Shown one piece after another: positions 1 through 9,809 of a DNA stretch of 40,568 bases. Each line of letters opens with the position of its first letter. Positions within the stretch are counted from its first letter, which is position 1. The stretch is from a virus (lineage: Duplodnaviria; Caudoviricetes). The notes beneath the pieces were generated by a model. That model made no database searches, was not told the DNA's origin, and saw only the letters and a program-made list of their open reading frames with translations. The position numbers were made by a program, and so were the translations under genes. The stretch is taken from positions 1-40,568 of the IMG/VR virus record IMGVR_UViG_3300030104_003667, one strand, 5' to 3'.

Positions 1-256
1 AGAGAGGCAGAGATCGTGAGGAGAGTGATAAGTGAACTGACTCCTCAGCAACGAGCACAGTTGCCAGGTGGTGCTACTACTGAAGACTTCATGCAGGCAT
101 TTGCCACGTACCTAGAGACAAAGGCTAAGACCATAGATCACTCGGCCGTAGAGACAGAGGCACCACTGCTTCTGGTCTATCAAAAAGCAAGGCGTGGAGC
201 AGAGATCACTCCAGAGGAACGAGTAAAGGCAGAAGAGCAAGTTCAAGAAATTACTT
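1..256. repeat. Terminal direct repeat (circular assembly overlap), copy 1
   Basis: 1-256 aligns without gaps to 40313-40568; mismatches at 78, 123, 126, 133 and 144. Confidence 0.95.
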
Positions 257-2457
257 CAGAAGTACCACCGGAAAGACTTAAAAAGATCCGGGAAGAAATT
301 GCAGCAATTGAGGAGACTGCTGACGAGGTAGCTGACCTTGGAGAGTTTAAACCGCCTCCTGATGCGGACCTAATGATCGTCATGAAAATGGGTGATAATT
401 TAGGCAGTCCTGTCAAACAAGATTTTCAAAAAAAATTTAATGAGCTGCTTCAAAAAAATGAGATTACTGACATCGAGTGGGGAGACAAGACACTTCAGCT
501 TGCCGATTTAGGCGAAGGTGTACCCGTTGATCTGGGTAAAAAAGAAGCAGTAGACGCAGTCGAAAGCTTAGGTACAGCCGCCAGACAGTTAGACGAGCCA
601 GTAGGAACCCCTGAGCCAGACATAAATTACAACGAGGGTGATTTTGTCAACACTGATCCAGCACAGATAGAGCTGCCAGAAGCATTGCTGATTGACAACT
701 TAGAACAGATTGGAGAACAAGCTGGCACGCAAAAGGGAGGAGTCTACAGAGACAAGGCAACAAACATCGAGTACTACGTCAAATTTCCATCTAACGCAGA
801 CCAGGCAGTAAGTGAGTTTGTTGCTGCTCAGCTTTACCGTTTGTTTAACGTACCTTTTCCTACTACCACGTTAGTGGCTAACAAGGAAGGTAAATTTATC
901 GGAGTGGCCTCACAGATGATACCAGGAGCAAAGATGATTACTCCTGATCAATTTAGGGCCCTTCCTGATGACATCAGACAGGATTTTTTAAAACATGGAA
1001 TTATTGACATGTATCTTGGAAATAGGGATGTGGTTGGAAATGCTCCTAATTTCAATCTCGTACTTCATCCTAGCGGTAAAGTTATGAGGATAGACCCTGG
1101 AGGCGCGTTGCTATATCGTGCTCAGGGCGGCTACAAACAACTAGACAGTGAGTTTAGTGAAGTATCAAGCATGGTAGATCCTACAGTTGCTCCTACTACG
1201 CACCAGGTGTTTGAGACATTTAATCCAGCGTATGCCTCAGAGTCAGAGTCTTTCAACCTCAACCAGTTTTATCGAGGAAACGAGGATGCTGCCATAGAGC
1301 TGTTTTCTACGCCGCAGCAAATGATCGATGACGTCGTCGATTCGGCTGGCATAAGAAATGCCTCGATTATAAAGAGACAGCTTTACGAGAGGCGCATCAA
1401 GCTTACTACCAACAATGCTTTTACCGAGGCGGCACAAAAGGCTACTGAAAAGCGGGGGGTCCCCATACAAGCATTTTCAGCCAGTAAAGCTGAAAAAATT
1501 TTGCAAGAGGATTTAACAGCAGATCCTAAGACTTTTACAAAAAAAGAAAAAGACGCAATTGCTGCCTACACAAATCATAGTGACAATTTTAATCAATACA
1601 TGCGTCTTGGTCCTAAGAAGGCGTCAGAAGCTTTTAGTGGTGCTGCTCTAGACATGTACAATCAAATGAAGGTACATCTTACAAAAGCAATGAAAAAGTT
1701 GCAGACTCCTCAAAAGATCGTAGTATATCGAGGGGGCACGCCTTACACCTTGTTTAATAAGATAAAAGGAGTCAAGGGTGTCAAGTTGACAGACGAGACA
1801 GATCTTAAAAATGCCAGAAAGTTGGTTGGCGGTGTCGTAAGCTGGCGTCAATTTGCATCTACGTCTTTGTACGTCAACAAAGCAAACCAGTTTAATGGTG
1901 CAGGAGATATACTGCTAAGAATTGACTTGCCAAAAGGTCTTAATTTCATGTACTCTCAAAAGCAGCCGTTCTGGTCATACGGTATAAAAGAATTTGAGAT
2001 ACTGCTAGCACCTAATCAAAAGTACGTGGTCAAACACGCCGGCAGATTTAAGGGCCAGATGGTCATTACCCTAGAAGCTTTGCCTCCTGGTAAAGAGGTA
2101 CCGGCCACAGTCACCAAAGAGACTGCCATAAAAATTGCCCAGAAGCACCGAGAATCACCTGATAACGGTGTAGCTGACTCCCAGGATGCACTGCCCTACG
2201 AAGATGTAGCTACGGTACAAGAGACATTAAAACAGCACACTCCTGAAAAAGACTTGACTGTACTACAAGATGACATTGCTGAGATGGAGACACAGCTGAA
2301 TGCGGAACTTGAAAACCTAGACGAGGCCGTAGCAGCAGGCATAAGAAAAGAACTTGAGAACGTAGCTGCTGAGGGAGATCAAGCAGTTGCTTTTGCACAA
2401 GAACTACACGATGCAGCCAAAGCTGGAGCCGTGTGCCTCAGAGCGAGTGCTGCATGA
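1..2457 (+). CDS. C-terminal part of large putative internal virion/ejection protein (true start 39341, ~1142 aa) with kinase-like and ADP-ribosyltransferase domains
   Basis: In frame with the ORF from 39341 across the repeat; kinase-like motifs GGVY..YYVK..E..NRDVVG..N..RID; ART motifs VYRG, FASTS, EFEILL; located among internal virion genes. Confidence 0.85.
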   Translation, partial: REAEIVRRVISELTPQQRAQLPGGATTEDFMQAFATYLETKAKTIDHSAVETEAPLLLVYQKARRGAEITPEERVKAEEQVQEITSEVPPERLKKIREEIAAIEETADEVADLGEFKPPPDADLMIVMKMGDNLGSPVKQDFQKKFNELLQKNEITDIEWGDKTLQLADLGEGVPVDLGKKEAVDAVESLGTAARQLDEPVGTPEPDINYNEGDFVNTDPAQIELPEALLIDNLEQIGEQAGTQKGGVYRDKATNIEYYVKFPSNADQAVSEFVAAQLYRLFNVPFPTTTLVANKEGKFIGVASQMIPGAKMITPDQFRALPDDIRQDFLKHGIIDMYLGNRDVVGNAPNFNLVLHPSGKVMRIDPGGALLYRAQGGYKQLDSEFSEVSSMVDPTVAPTTHQVFETFNPAYASESESFNLNQFYRGNEDAAIELFSTPQQMIDDVVDSAGIRNASIIKRQLYERRIKLTTNNAFTEAAQKATEKRGVPIQAFSASKAEKILQEDLTADPKTFTKKEKDAIAAYTNHSDNFNQYMRLGPKKASEAFSGAALDMYNQMKVHLTKAMKKLQTPQKIVVYRGGTPYTLFNKIKGVKGVKLTDETDLKNARKLVGGVVSWRQFASTSLYVNKANQFNGAGDILLRIDLPKGLNFMYSQKQPFWSYGIKEFEILLAPNQKYVVKHAGRFKGQMVITLEALPPGKEVPATVTKETAIKIAQKHRESPDNGVADSQDALPYEDVATVQETLKQHTPEKDLTVLQDDIAEMETQLNAELENLDEAVAAGIRKELENVAAEGDQAVAFAQELHDAAKAGAVCLRASAA

Positions 2458-4949
2458 GTGTAAAAGCCTGCGTTGAGATCATCCAAAAAGCCGCTGGTGA
2501 GAATAAGATCACCAAGGAGCACGCACAAGAGATCCTGAAAGATATTGACAACTTTCTTAAGAGTAAGAAGGCACTGAATGATCCTGAGAATCTAGACTCG
2601 ATGCTGCAGCAGCATCTAAAAGAGAAGCTAGATGATACGATCTTTGCAGCAATGATTGAAAAGAGAAACAGGTACATTAACGCGACAGTCGAGGCAAAAG
2701 CAACCCAGTATCTTAAAAACTTTGACGATGCCTCTGAGGGACTAGCTGCCTTGATGGGTGGCATTGTGAAGTCAAAAGCAGGCAGTAAGAAAAGCATCGA
2801 CGCACAGGGCAAGTCACTGGCAAACAAGTACGTTGGCAGACTCTTAGACAGGATTGATAAGGACGGAGACCTTGCCTTGTTTAACACTGGCAAGATAGAC
2901 ACTGACATTGCAAATGAGCTGTGGGAGATTAGACCCGGCGGTAATCCTGGTGTGACAAAAAACAAGGCAGCAGAACGGATTGCCAGGAACATTCATGAGA
3001 TGCAAGAGACAGCTATCAAGAATGCTAACTTTGCAGGTGCTTTCGTCAGGTCACTCCCTGGTTATATATTTAGACAGTCACATGATATAGCTAGGATTAG
3101 AAAGGCTGGATTTGACGAGTGGTATGACTATATTGTTGACAAACTAGATGAGAGTACGTTTAAGGGAGAAGATGCCCGTGAGTTTTTAGAGGGCGCCTAT
3201 AAGGGCCTAGCGTCAGGAGTGCATAAAAAATTTAAGGGCGCTGAAGAAAGCAACATCGGTCAAGGTTTCACAGGACCTGCTAACCTAGCAAAAAAGATAA
3301 GTCAGGAACGGGTACTGCACTTTAAAGACGCAGACTCGTTTATGGAGTACAATGCCACGTTTGGCACGGGAGACTTACGAGAAGGAGTAGTCCATGGTCT
3401 TGAGCACATGGGAAGAAATACGGCCTTGATGAGGGGCCTAGGTACAAACCCAGGCGACATGATGAAAAGGCTGCAGAAAAAATACATGATGCAGGCACAA
3501 GACGAGATGGACTTCACCCTTGTTGATAAATTTCAAGCCAAAAATCTTGACGACCTGATGAAGGAGATTGATGGTACTACTAGAATTCCTGTTAAGATAA
3601 CCACGGCTAGAGTCAATGCTGGTATTAGAGGTGTTCAAAATATGGCCAGGCTAGGAGGTTCTACAGTTTCCTCCGTAACTGACCTGCCTAACCAAGTAGC
3701 AGAATTAAGGCACCACAATATTCCAGTGCTAAAGGCTTATGGAAATTCTTTATTAAACTTGTTCCGTGGCAGAGGCACTGCTGAGCAAAAGACTATTGCC
3801 AGGACCATTGGCATTGGCTTTGACGGCATCACCGGAGATCTTATATCTAGGCTAGGTTCTAATGATCATGTTGCCGGGGCTCTTGCCAAGATGCAGCAAA
3901 AGTTCTTTAAACTTAATCTGATGAGTTGGTGGAACGATGCTCATAGGACAGGCGTAGGATTAATGATGTCTCATAACTTAGGAGACAATCAAAGACTTAC
4001 CTTTGATAAATTAGGGACTGAATTAACTAACCTTCTGAGACAATATGGAATAGAAGACTTAGAGTGGAATATCTATAGAAAACACCTAGTGTCAAAAGAC
4101 AGTCGTAATTACAAATTTATGACGACTGAAAACATCGACAAGATTCCTGATGAGGAGCTAGCTCTGTATCTCAAGCGTAAGAGCGGCATTGACAAGCCAA
4201 ACAAGAGAGAACTACAAGACGCTAGGTTTGATCTTGAGATGATGCTAGACACGTTTTATCTAGACAGAGCAGACCACGGGATACCTATGCCAGGAGCTGC
4301 TGAGCGTGCCATCATGAACCAGGGTACACAACCAGGCACAGCTGTGGGCGAGGTGTTTAGACACGTCATGCAGTTTAAGTCATTTCCTATCACCATGATC
4401 AGACGTGGTCTTGGTCGGGAAATGAGAGGCACAGCAAATGGTAAGGCTGACATTCGGGGACTGGCCCAGCTTATAGCAGGAACAACAGTCTTTGGCTATG
4501 GAGCTCTAGTTGCAAAAGATATTCTTAAGCTAAGAGAGGCCAGGCAGTTTACCGGGGACTTTGAGAATGACTCTAAGCTCATCATGGCGGCCATGGCACA
4601 AGGCGGTGGTATGGGGATCTATGGAGATTTTTTATTCGGTGAATTTAGCCGTTTTGGCAGGTCTGCAGTGGCTACAGCCGTGGGTCCTACCCTAGGCCAG
4701 CTTGATGATCTAGGAGAGCTCTGGACAAGAATCAGGACTGGTGGAGATGTTGGTGCAAATGCCTTTCGCATGGCAATGAACAATACACCCTTCATAAATT
4801 TATTTTACACAAGGGCCGCTTTAGACTATATTATCTTATACGAACTACAGGAAATGATAAATCCGGGGTATCTTTCTCGGATGGAGCAGCGTATAATGCG
4901 TGAAAATAACCAGAAATTTTTTATACCTCCAACGTCGGTAGTGAGATGA
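2454..4949 (+). CDS. Large internal virion/ejection protein (~831 aa)
   Basis: ATGA overlap with the upstream stop; helical protein with Gly-rich hydrophobic C-terminus; last gene before the tail fibre as in BPP-1-like podoviruses. Confidence 0.75.
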   Translation: MSVKACVEIIQKAAGENKITKEHAQEILKDIDNFLKSKKALNDPENLDSMLQQHLKEKLDDTIFAAMIEKRNRYINATVEAKATQYLKNFDDASEGLAALMGGIVKSKAGSKKSIDAQGKSLANKYVGRLLDRIDKDGDLALFNTGKIDTDIANELWEIRPGGNPGVTKNKAAERIARNIHEMQETAIKNANFAGAFVRSLPGYIFRQSHDIARIRKAGFDEWYDYIVDKLDESTFKGEDAREFLEGAYKGLASGVHKKFKGAEESNIGQGFTGPANLAKKISQERVLHFKDADSFMEYNATFGTGDLREGVVHGLEHMGRNTALMRGLGTNPGDMMKRLQKKYMMQAQDEMDFTLVDKFQAKNLDDLMKEIDGTTRIPVKITTARVNAGIRGVQNMARLGGSTVSSVTDLPNQVAELRHHNIPVLKAYGNSLLNLFRGRGTAEQKTIARTIGIGFDGITGDLISRLGSNDHVAGALAKMQQKFFKLNLMSWWNDAHRTGVGLMMSHNLGDNQRLTFDKLGTELTNLLRQYGIEDLEWNIYRKHLVSKDSRNYKFMTTENIDKIPDEELALYLKRKSGIDKPNKRELQDARFDLEMMLDTFYLDRADHGIPMPGAAERAIMNQGTQPGTAVGEVFRHVMQFKSFPITMIRRGLGREMRGTANGKADIRGLAQLIAGTTVFGYGALVAKDILKLREARQFTGDFENDSKLIMAAMAQGGGMGIYGDFLFGEFSRFGRSAVATAVGPTLGQLDDLGELWTRIRTGGDVGANAFRMAMNNTPFINLFYTRAALDYIILYELQEMINPGYLSRMEQRIMRENNQKFFIPPTSVVR

Positions 4950-5665
4950 CAGTAGGTGTTGTATTAGGAAAATCTGTTGCAACCGGAACAGGAAGCGCAG
5001 CTGCTTTCTCTTTTAATGCTCCTGTTGCTGCAGTTGACGAGCTAGCAGTCTATACAGTAGTCATTGCAACTGGGGTCCAGACTAAACAGACCAGAGGCGG
5101 TTCAGGGACGTACGACTTTAGTGTGACAATAAATGCCAGTACGAGGTTTGCTACAGTTACCCTGAACAACAATTTGCCTGACACACACCAGGTTATTATC
5201 CTCAGGGAAGTTGCAATCAAGCAAGAGACTGACTACGTAGCAGGTGACGCGTTTCCTGCTGAGACTCACGAGGCAGCTCTTGATAAGCTGACCTTTATCA
5301 CTACTCAGCTTTCAGAAAGAATTGACCGTACAGTAAAATTCCAAGAGGCCCTGGCCAGTGACTTACCTGGTGACATCACGGCCTCAAGTACACTGAGAGC
5401 TAACAAGGCAATCAAGTTTGCGTCTGACGGTTCGATAGGACTGTCGACGAATGACCCTGACGAACAAGTAACTTTAGCTACAACACAGGCAACAAACGCA
5501 GCAACGTCTGCGACAGCAGCTGCATCATCGGCAACAGCAGCTGCCAGTTCAGCAACAGCAGCAGCTAGTTCAGCGACAGCTGCCGCTAACTCAGCAACAT
5601 CTGCAGCTAGTTCAGCAACATCTGCAAGTGGCGCAGCAATAGCAATGGCAATTGCCCTAGGATAA
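4946..5665 (+). CDS. Tail fibre protein with T7 gp17-like N-terminal attachment domain and Ala/Ser/Thr coiled repeat
   Basis: Motif QETDY..GDAFPAETHEAALDKLT..QL; SATAAAS repeats; ends AIAMAIALG. Confidence 0.8.
   Translation: MTVGVVLGKSVATGTGSAAAFSFNAPVAAVDELAVYTVVIATGVQTKQTRGGSGTYDFSVTINASTRFATVTLNNNLPDTHQVIILREVAIKQETDYVAGDAFPAETHEAALDKLTFITTQLSERIDRTVKFQEALASDLPGDITASSTLRANKAIKFASDGSIGLSTNDPDEQVTLATTQATNAATSATAAASSATAAASSATAAASSATAAANSATSAASSATSASGAAIAMAIALG
5485..5630 (+). repeat. Degenerate 21-bp tandem coding repeat (SATAAAS heptads)
   Basis: tcagcaacagcagcagctagt-like units; protein ATSATAAASSATAAASSATAAASSATAAANS. Confidence 0.85.
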
Positions 5666-5673
5666 GGAGAAAC

Positions 5674-6123
5674 ATGGCAAATGGCGCAAGTATTACATTA
5701 GAAGCAACAGTCTTACCTGACAGTATTTCAAAGGTAATATCCGGATCTATGTCTTTAGAGCCTGCTGATGCAAATGACAAGTGGTACTATAAATTTACAA
5801 ATGTCAGCAACAGCTCTACTGACCTAATCGCAGGATATTTTACTGACTACACAGGTGTGGATGATGACACAGCACCAACTGCAGTTCATACTGGAGATAA
5901 AGTAAAGTTCATCTTTATCAAAAACACTCACGCATCGGCTGATGTGTATATCGTCTTAGATGCCGGTACTGCTTCAACAAGTGTCGGCGACGGCATCAAG
6001 ATACCTGCCGGAGCATCTTGGTTTGGTCAACTACCAAATACTACAGTGGCAGACATACATGCGATTACTTCTACAGGTACAGTAGATTGTATAGTATGCG
6101 CCTTATTAGATGACGTTGCATAA
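5674..6123 (+). CDS. Putative tail/virion structural protein
   Basis: AAGGAG RBS; beta-rich Thr/Ser/Asp composition; tail gene context. Confidence 0.65.
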   Translation: MANGASITLEATVLPDSISKVISGSMSLEPADANDKWYYKFTNVSNSSTDLIAGYFTDYTGVDDDTAPTAVHTGDKVKFIFIKNTHASADVYIVLDAGTASTSVGDGIKIPAGASWFGQLPNTTVADIHAITSTGTVDCIVCALLDDVA

Positions 6124-6131
6124 GGAGAACC

Positions 6132-6461
6132 ATGGCTTCTTTTGAAAGATATTCCGCAACAGGGGTCGGCAGTGTTGCGACAACGGTGCATACGTCAAAT
6201 GCCAGCGATGCTGCTCAGGCTGACATTGTCATAGGTCTGAGCATCTCTAACTCTGGCCTGACAGCAGCGACTGCATCTGCCTATATTACTTCTGGTACGT
6301 CAGACGTGCATCTAGCACGAGACATTGTCATACCTTCAGGAGGAGCCGTTGAGGTCATACAAGGAAAAGTTGTTCTTGACAACGGCGACATAGTCAAGGT
6401 CAAAGCATCTGCAGGACAGGTTGATGTCTGGCTTAGTGTTTTAGATAACGCTTCTGCATAA
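6132..6461 (+). CDS. Putative small beta-sandwich tail protein
   Basis: AAGGAG RBS; motif IP.GG..EVIQGKVVL..GD.VKV. Confidence 0.65.
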   Translation: MASFERYSATGVGSVATTVHTSNASDAAQADIVIGLSISNSGLTAATASAYITSGTSDVHLARDIVIPSGGAVEVIQGKVVLDNGDIVKVKASAGQVDVWLSVLDNASA

Positions 6462-6468
6462 AGGAAAT

Positions 6469-6702
6469 ATGAAAAGACTAGGATCAGGAAGCTTTGAAAG
6501 CGGAGTACATGTTTCTGCCAAAGGCGACATTAATGGAATTACTGGTCATGTGGATTCAGATTTGTCAGGAGTATTAAGAAACCCTGCAACGATTAACTCT
6601 GCTGTAACCATAAGTGCAGATGAGAATGCGGTCATGGCAGGACCAGTAACAATAGGTACAAATGGATCTCTTACTGTAAATGGAACGCTGGTGATTGTAT
6701 GA
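6469..6702 (+). CDS. Short tail-fibre-associated protein
   Basis: C-terminal motif NAVMAGPVTI...LTVNGTLVIV common in marine phage fibre regions. Confidence 0.65.
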   Translation: MKRLGSGSFESGVHVSAKGDINGITGHVDSDLSGVLRNPATINSAVTISADENAVMAGPVTIGTNGSLTVNGTLVIV

Positions 6703-7226
6703 CAGTCGTTACACAAAACAAAATAGACATATTAGTAGGCATGATAGCCCCTTTTGGTATGTCTTCAGTTCCTACTGGTTGGCTTGCTTGTGATGGGTCT
6801 GCGGTTTCAAGAACAACCTATGCAGATTTATTTACTGCTATAGGAACTACATGGGGTGCAGGAGATGGATCTAGCACGTTTGCTTTACCAGATTTAGAAG
6901 GTGCATTTTTAAGGGGTGTTGGCGCACATAATACAAGTAACAAAGCTGATGGTAGTGACTTTGGTGACGCTAGTAGAGCAGTTGGTAGTTTTGAGAATGA
7001 TGCACTTCAAGGTCACAGACATGAATATAAAGTTATAAATGACAATTGTACTTATCATGTTTCCCCGTATATCAATGTGGATAAAACAAATTCAGGTTCC
7101 AATGGGATTTCAACAGTAAATGGCAGGGTGTTTGACCCTATAACCGATGGAAGCAACGGAACCCCTAGAACAACTGATGAAACCAGACCTTTTAACGCTG
7201 GTGTCAAATACTGCATAAAATACTAA
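6699..7226 (+). CDS. Tail collar domain protein
   Basis: VGMIAPF...PTGWLACDGSAVSRTTYADLF.AIGTTWGAGDGSSTFALPDL.G.FLRG; C-terminal ETRP.N..VKYCIKY. Confidence 0.9.
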   Translation: MTVVTQNKIDILVGMIAPFGMSSVPTGWLACDGSAVSRTTYADLFTAIGTTWGAGDGSSTFALPDLEGAFLRGVGAHNTSNKADGSDFGDASRAVGSFENDALQGHRHEYKVINDNCTYHVSPYINVDKTNSGSNGISTVNGRVFDPITDGSNGTPRTTDETRPFNAGVKYCIKY

Positions 7227-7228
7227 AA

Positions 7229-7567
7229 ATGATTGCTTATAACAAAGACAATGCATCACCAAGACAACGACAAAAAGATCCGTTAGGTGGTGGTTATTTA
7301 ATGCCGGGGAATTGCGTGGATGTTAAACCACCAGACTTTGATTCTAAAACTCATACTTGTAAATTTGATGGGTCAAAATGGGTTACAACTAAAATCCCAG
7401 ATCCTCCAAAACAAAAAGAGCCTGAACCTGTTGTAGAAACATACCTAGACAAAAGGTTAAAAGAATACGGACCTGTTAATGAACAAATTGAATTTATAAC
7501 AGAAAAGGGTTTGGATGCTTGGAAAACTAATGTTGATGAAATCAAGAAAAAATATCCTAAAGAATAA
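7229..7567 (+). CDS. Tail fibre assembly/chaperone-like protein
   Basis: DP..GGYLMPGNC..VKPP...FDGSKW; C-terminal Y..KR..EY...EQ...IKKKYPK. Confidence 0.65.
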   Translation: MIAYNKDNASPRQRQKDPLGGGYLMPGNCVDVKPPDFDSKTHTCKFDGSKWVTTKIPDPPKQKEPEPVVETYLDKRLKEYGPVNEQIEFITEKGLDAWKTNVDEIKKKYPKE

Positions 7568-7572
7568 GCAAC

Positions 7573-8163
7573 ATGAGTTCTGAAATAAAAAGTACGACAT
7601 TACAAACTAATTCATTAAAAGATAAAACAGGAACTCGTACTTTAGCTTCTGATTCTGGAAGTGCTTGGAGTTGGGGGTCAGGCGTGCCAAGTCATACAAT
7701 TATTCAGGTAAAATCTACAACAAAAACTAATACTTGGTCAGACACACCGGGGGCAGGAGCATTTTCTGACATCACAGGTTTGTCTGTGTCTATCACTCCT
7801 GCATCAAGCTCAAACAAAATACTTGTAACCTTTTCTACTACCGTAAGTGCTAGTAGCCTTTCTACAACAGGAGTGCGTTTGGTCAGAGACTCAACTGCAA
7901 TTAGTATTGGAGGTGCAGACGGTACAAGGCCACGAGTCACAAGTGGTGGTGTTGGAAATGTGGATACTACTTGGCAAGCTTTTGTTATATCAAGTTCGTT
8001 TTTAGATTCACCAAGTACAACGAGTTCAGTAACTTACAAACTACAACTAACAGGAAACGGATCATCTACGCAGTATGTTAATCAGACAGCACGAGATGTT
8101 AACAGTACCGAAGCTGATTACCGCAGTACATCGCATATTACAGTAATGGAGATTGTAGGATGA
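7573..8163 (+). CDS. Tail fibre/receptor-binding-like beta protein
   Basis: IIQVKST..DITGLSVSITPASSSNKILV..FLDSPSTTS.VTYKLQ..ITVMEI. Confidence 0.7.
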   Translation: MSSEIKSTTLQTNSLKDKTGTRTLASDSGSAWSWGSGVPSHTIIQVKSTTKTNTWSDTPGAGAFSDITGLSVSITPASSSNKILVTFSTTVSASSLSTTGVRLVRDSTAISIGGADGTRPRVTSGGVGNVDTTWQAFVISSSFLDSPSTTSSVTYKLQLTGNGSSTQYVNQTARDVNSTEADYRSTSHITVMEIVG

Positions 8164-8447
8164 AACATGAAGCTATTAGAAATACACATCCTAATGTTAA
8201 AATGATTGATGATGGAGAAGGGGCATTTGATAAGAATGGTAATTCTGTAACTATTGACGAAACTAAAGTAGCAGAAGAAATTAAACGACTAGAAGCAGAA
8301 TACGACTCAAAAAAGTACCAACGTGATCGATTAGCAGAATACCCTTCTATTCAAGAATTAGTTGTTGCTCTTTATGATGCAGATGATAAAGCAGAAATTG
8401 ATAAAAAAAGAGCAGAGATAAAAAAGAAATATCCTAAACCAGAATAA
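8160..8447 (+). CDS. Small fibre-associated chaperone-like protein
   Basis: EYDSKKYQRDRLAEYPSIQE..KKKYPK; paralogue of 7229 and 9124 genes. Confidence 0.65.
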   Translation: MKHEAIRNTHPNVKMIDDGEGAFDKNGNSVTIDETKVAEEIKRLEAEYDSKKYQRDRLAEYPSIQELVVALYDADDKAEIDKKRAEIKKKYPKPE

Positions 8448-8452
8448 AAATC

Positions 8453-9124
8453 ATGCCTAGCGATCTTCAGATAACGAACATCCGTGACCTAAATAATGCT
8501 AATTCTGCAATTAGTATAGCTTCAGATGGTCAGGTTACTATTGCACAGAATAATCCTACGATTACACTACACGCAACTGGTGATTCTAGTAGCACAAACA
8601 CGACTTTTCCGCAAGGACACATTATTAAATCTCAAACACATAACATAAATTTAACAGGTGGTACTGCAATTCAAAGTGTGAATGAAACGGATTTTAATTA
8701 CGATGCAAGTAATTCAACTTCAACAATGGTATTTACTCCAATTCAAGAAATCACAAATCTTATTGTTACCATTCAAATGTGTCTTAGGCACGGTACGAAT
8801 TGGCAATCTCATCTTTTTAGATGTTATTATAAAATAGGAAGTGGTAGTTGGACGCAATTTTTTCTTGAAGGTTGGAATTGTTTCAATAGTAACACAAATG
8901 TTAGTAATGGGATGTTTATGGAGGCACGAACAAGCAGGAGACATAACTCTGGGTTTAATAGAGGTACTGATACTGTTTCTATTAAATGGACTCACGAAGG
9001 GCATTCTAGTGGAAATTTTCTTGTTCCAAATTCTTACAATATAGACGCCTCGTCTGTTGATTTAACTTCAACTCAAATTAGTCAATTCGGAGGATTGATT
9101 ACTATAAGTGAGGAGAAAGTTTAA
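8453..9124 (+). CDS. Tail fibre/receptor-binding-like protein (low GC)
   Basis: N-terminal MPSDLQITNIRD..AISIASDGQVT, FPQGHII motif; AT-rich. Confidence 0.6.
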   Translation: MPSDLQITNIRDLNNANSAISIASDGQVTIAQNNPTITLHATGDSSSTNTTFPQGHIIKSQTHNINLTGGTAIQSVNETDFNYDASNSTSTMVFTPIQEITNLIVTIQMCLRHGTNWQSHLFRCYYKIGSGSWTQFFLEGWNCFNSNTNVSNGMFMEARTSRRHNSGFNRGTDTVSIKWTHEGHSSGNFLVPNSYNIDASSVDLTSTQISQFGGLITISEEKV

Positions 9125-9456
9125 TGATAAATCTTAATGATGCAATTCAAGCATTAAATATAAAAAACTTTGCTGTAAAAGGTGATGTTATTACAGAAGA
9201 ATCTTTTAATCAAACTTATCGTGAATTTAATGTTCAAGGTAAAGTTTCTTTGGAACTTGGGGAACCCACGATAACGTGGTCACAAGTAAAAGCAAAATAC
9301 GATGAGTTAAAATCAGAATACGATGCCAAAAAATACCAACGTGACCGAGCAATGGCTTTTGACCCAATTCCTGAACAGCTTGACCAGATTTACCATGATA
9401 TAGATGGGTGGAAAGCTCGCATTAAAAGCGTAAAAGATAAGTATCCGAAGCCATGA
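9124..9456 (+). CDS. Small fibre-associated chaperone-like protein
   Basis: EYDAKKYQRDR...EQLDQIYHDIDGWKARIKSVKDKYPKP. Confidence 0.65.
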   Translation: MINLNDAIQALNIKNFAVKGDVITEESFNQTYREFNVQGKVSLELGEPTITWSQVKAKYDELKSEYDAKKYQRDRAMAFDPIPEQLDQIYHDIDGWKARIKSVKDKYPKP

Positions 9457-9809
9457 ATCCTGCTGATCATGTTTACACATACGGAACAACACACCCCGAT
9501 CTCATGGAAGTAGATACTTTTTTAGTTTTAGTAGAAAGAATAGGACTGCCAGCAGTTATTATTGGATTCTGTTTTTATTACATAATGAAGACTCAGGATG
9601 CACATAGGCAGGAAATAGTTCGGTGGGAAAATAAAGATTCGGAAGGTGATTCTAGGCTTATAGATGTAATTAAAGAACAGAATACTAGAAATGAACATTT
9701 TGCTAAAGCAATCTCTGATTTAACTATCTCAAATAAAGATGTAACTAAAAGTAATGAACGATTAGCAGATGAAATTAAAGGAATGGCCTCCGCACTAATA
9801 AGGAAATAA
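9453..9809 (+). CDS. Putative holin/antiholin-like membrane protein (1 TM plus coiled coil)
   Basis: ERIGLPAVIIGFCFYYIM hydrophobic segment followed by coiled coil; lysis context. Confidence 0.55.
   Translation: MNPADHVYTYGTTHPDLMEVDTFLVLVERIGLPAVIIGFCFYYIMKTQDAHRQEIVRWENKDSEGDSRLIDVIKEQNTRNEHFAKAISDLTISNKDVTKSNERLADEIKGMASALIRK

Noticed and set aside
2438-2992. Long antisense ORFs (this one and others such as 19764-20210, 21713-22087)
   Set aside because: Shadow frames opposite well-supported genes
5485-5630. CRISPR-like or DGR repeat
   Set aside because: In-frame coding heptad repeat without spacers; no cas or reverse transcriptase gene despite the BPP-1-like structural module
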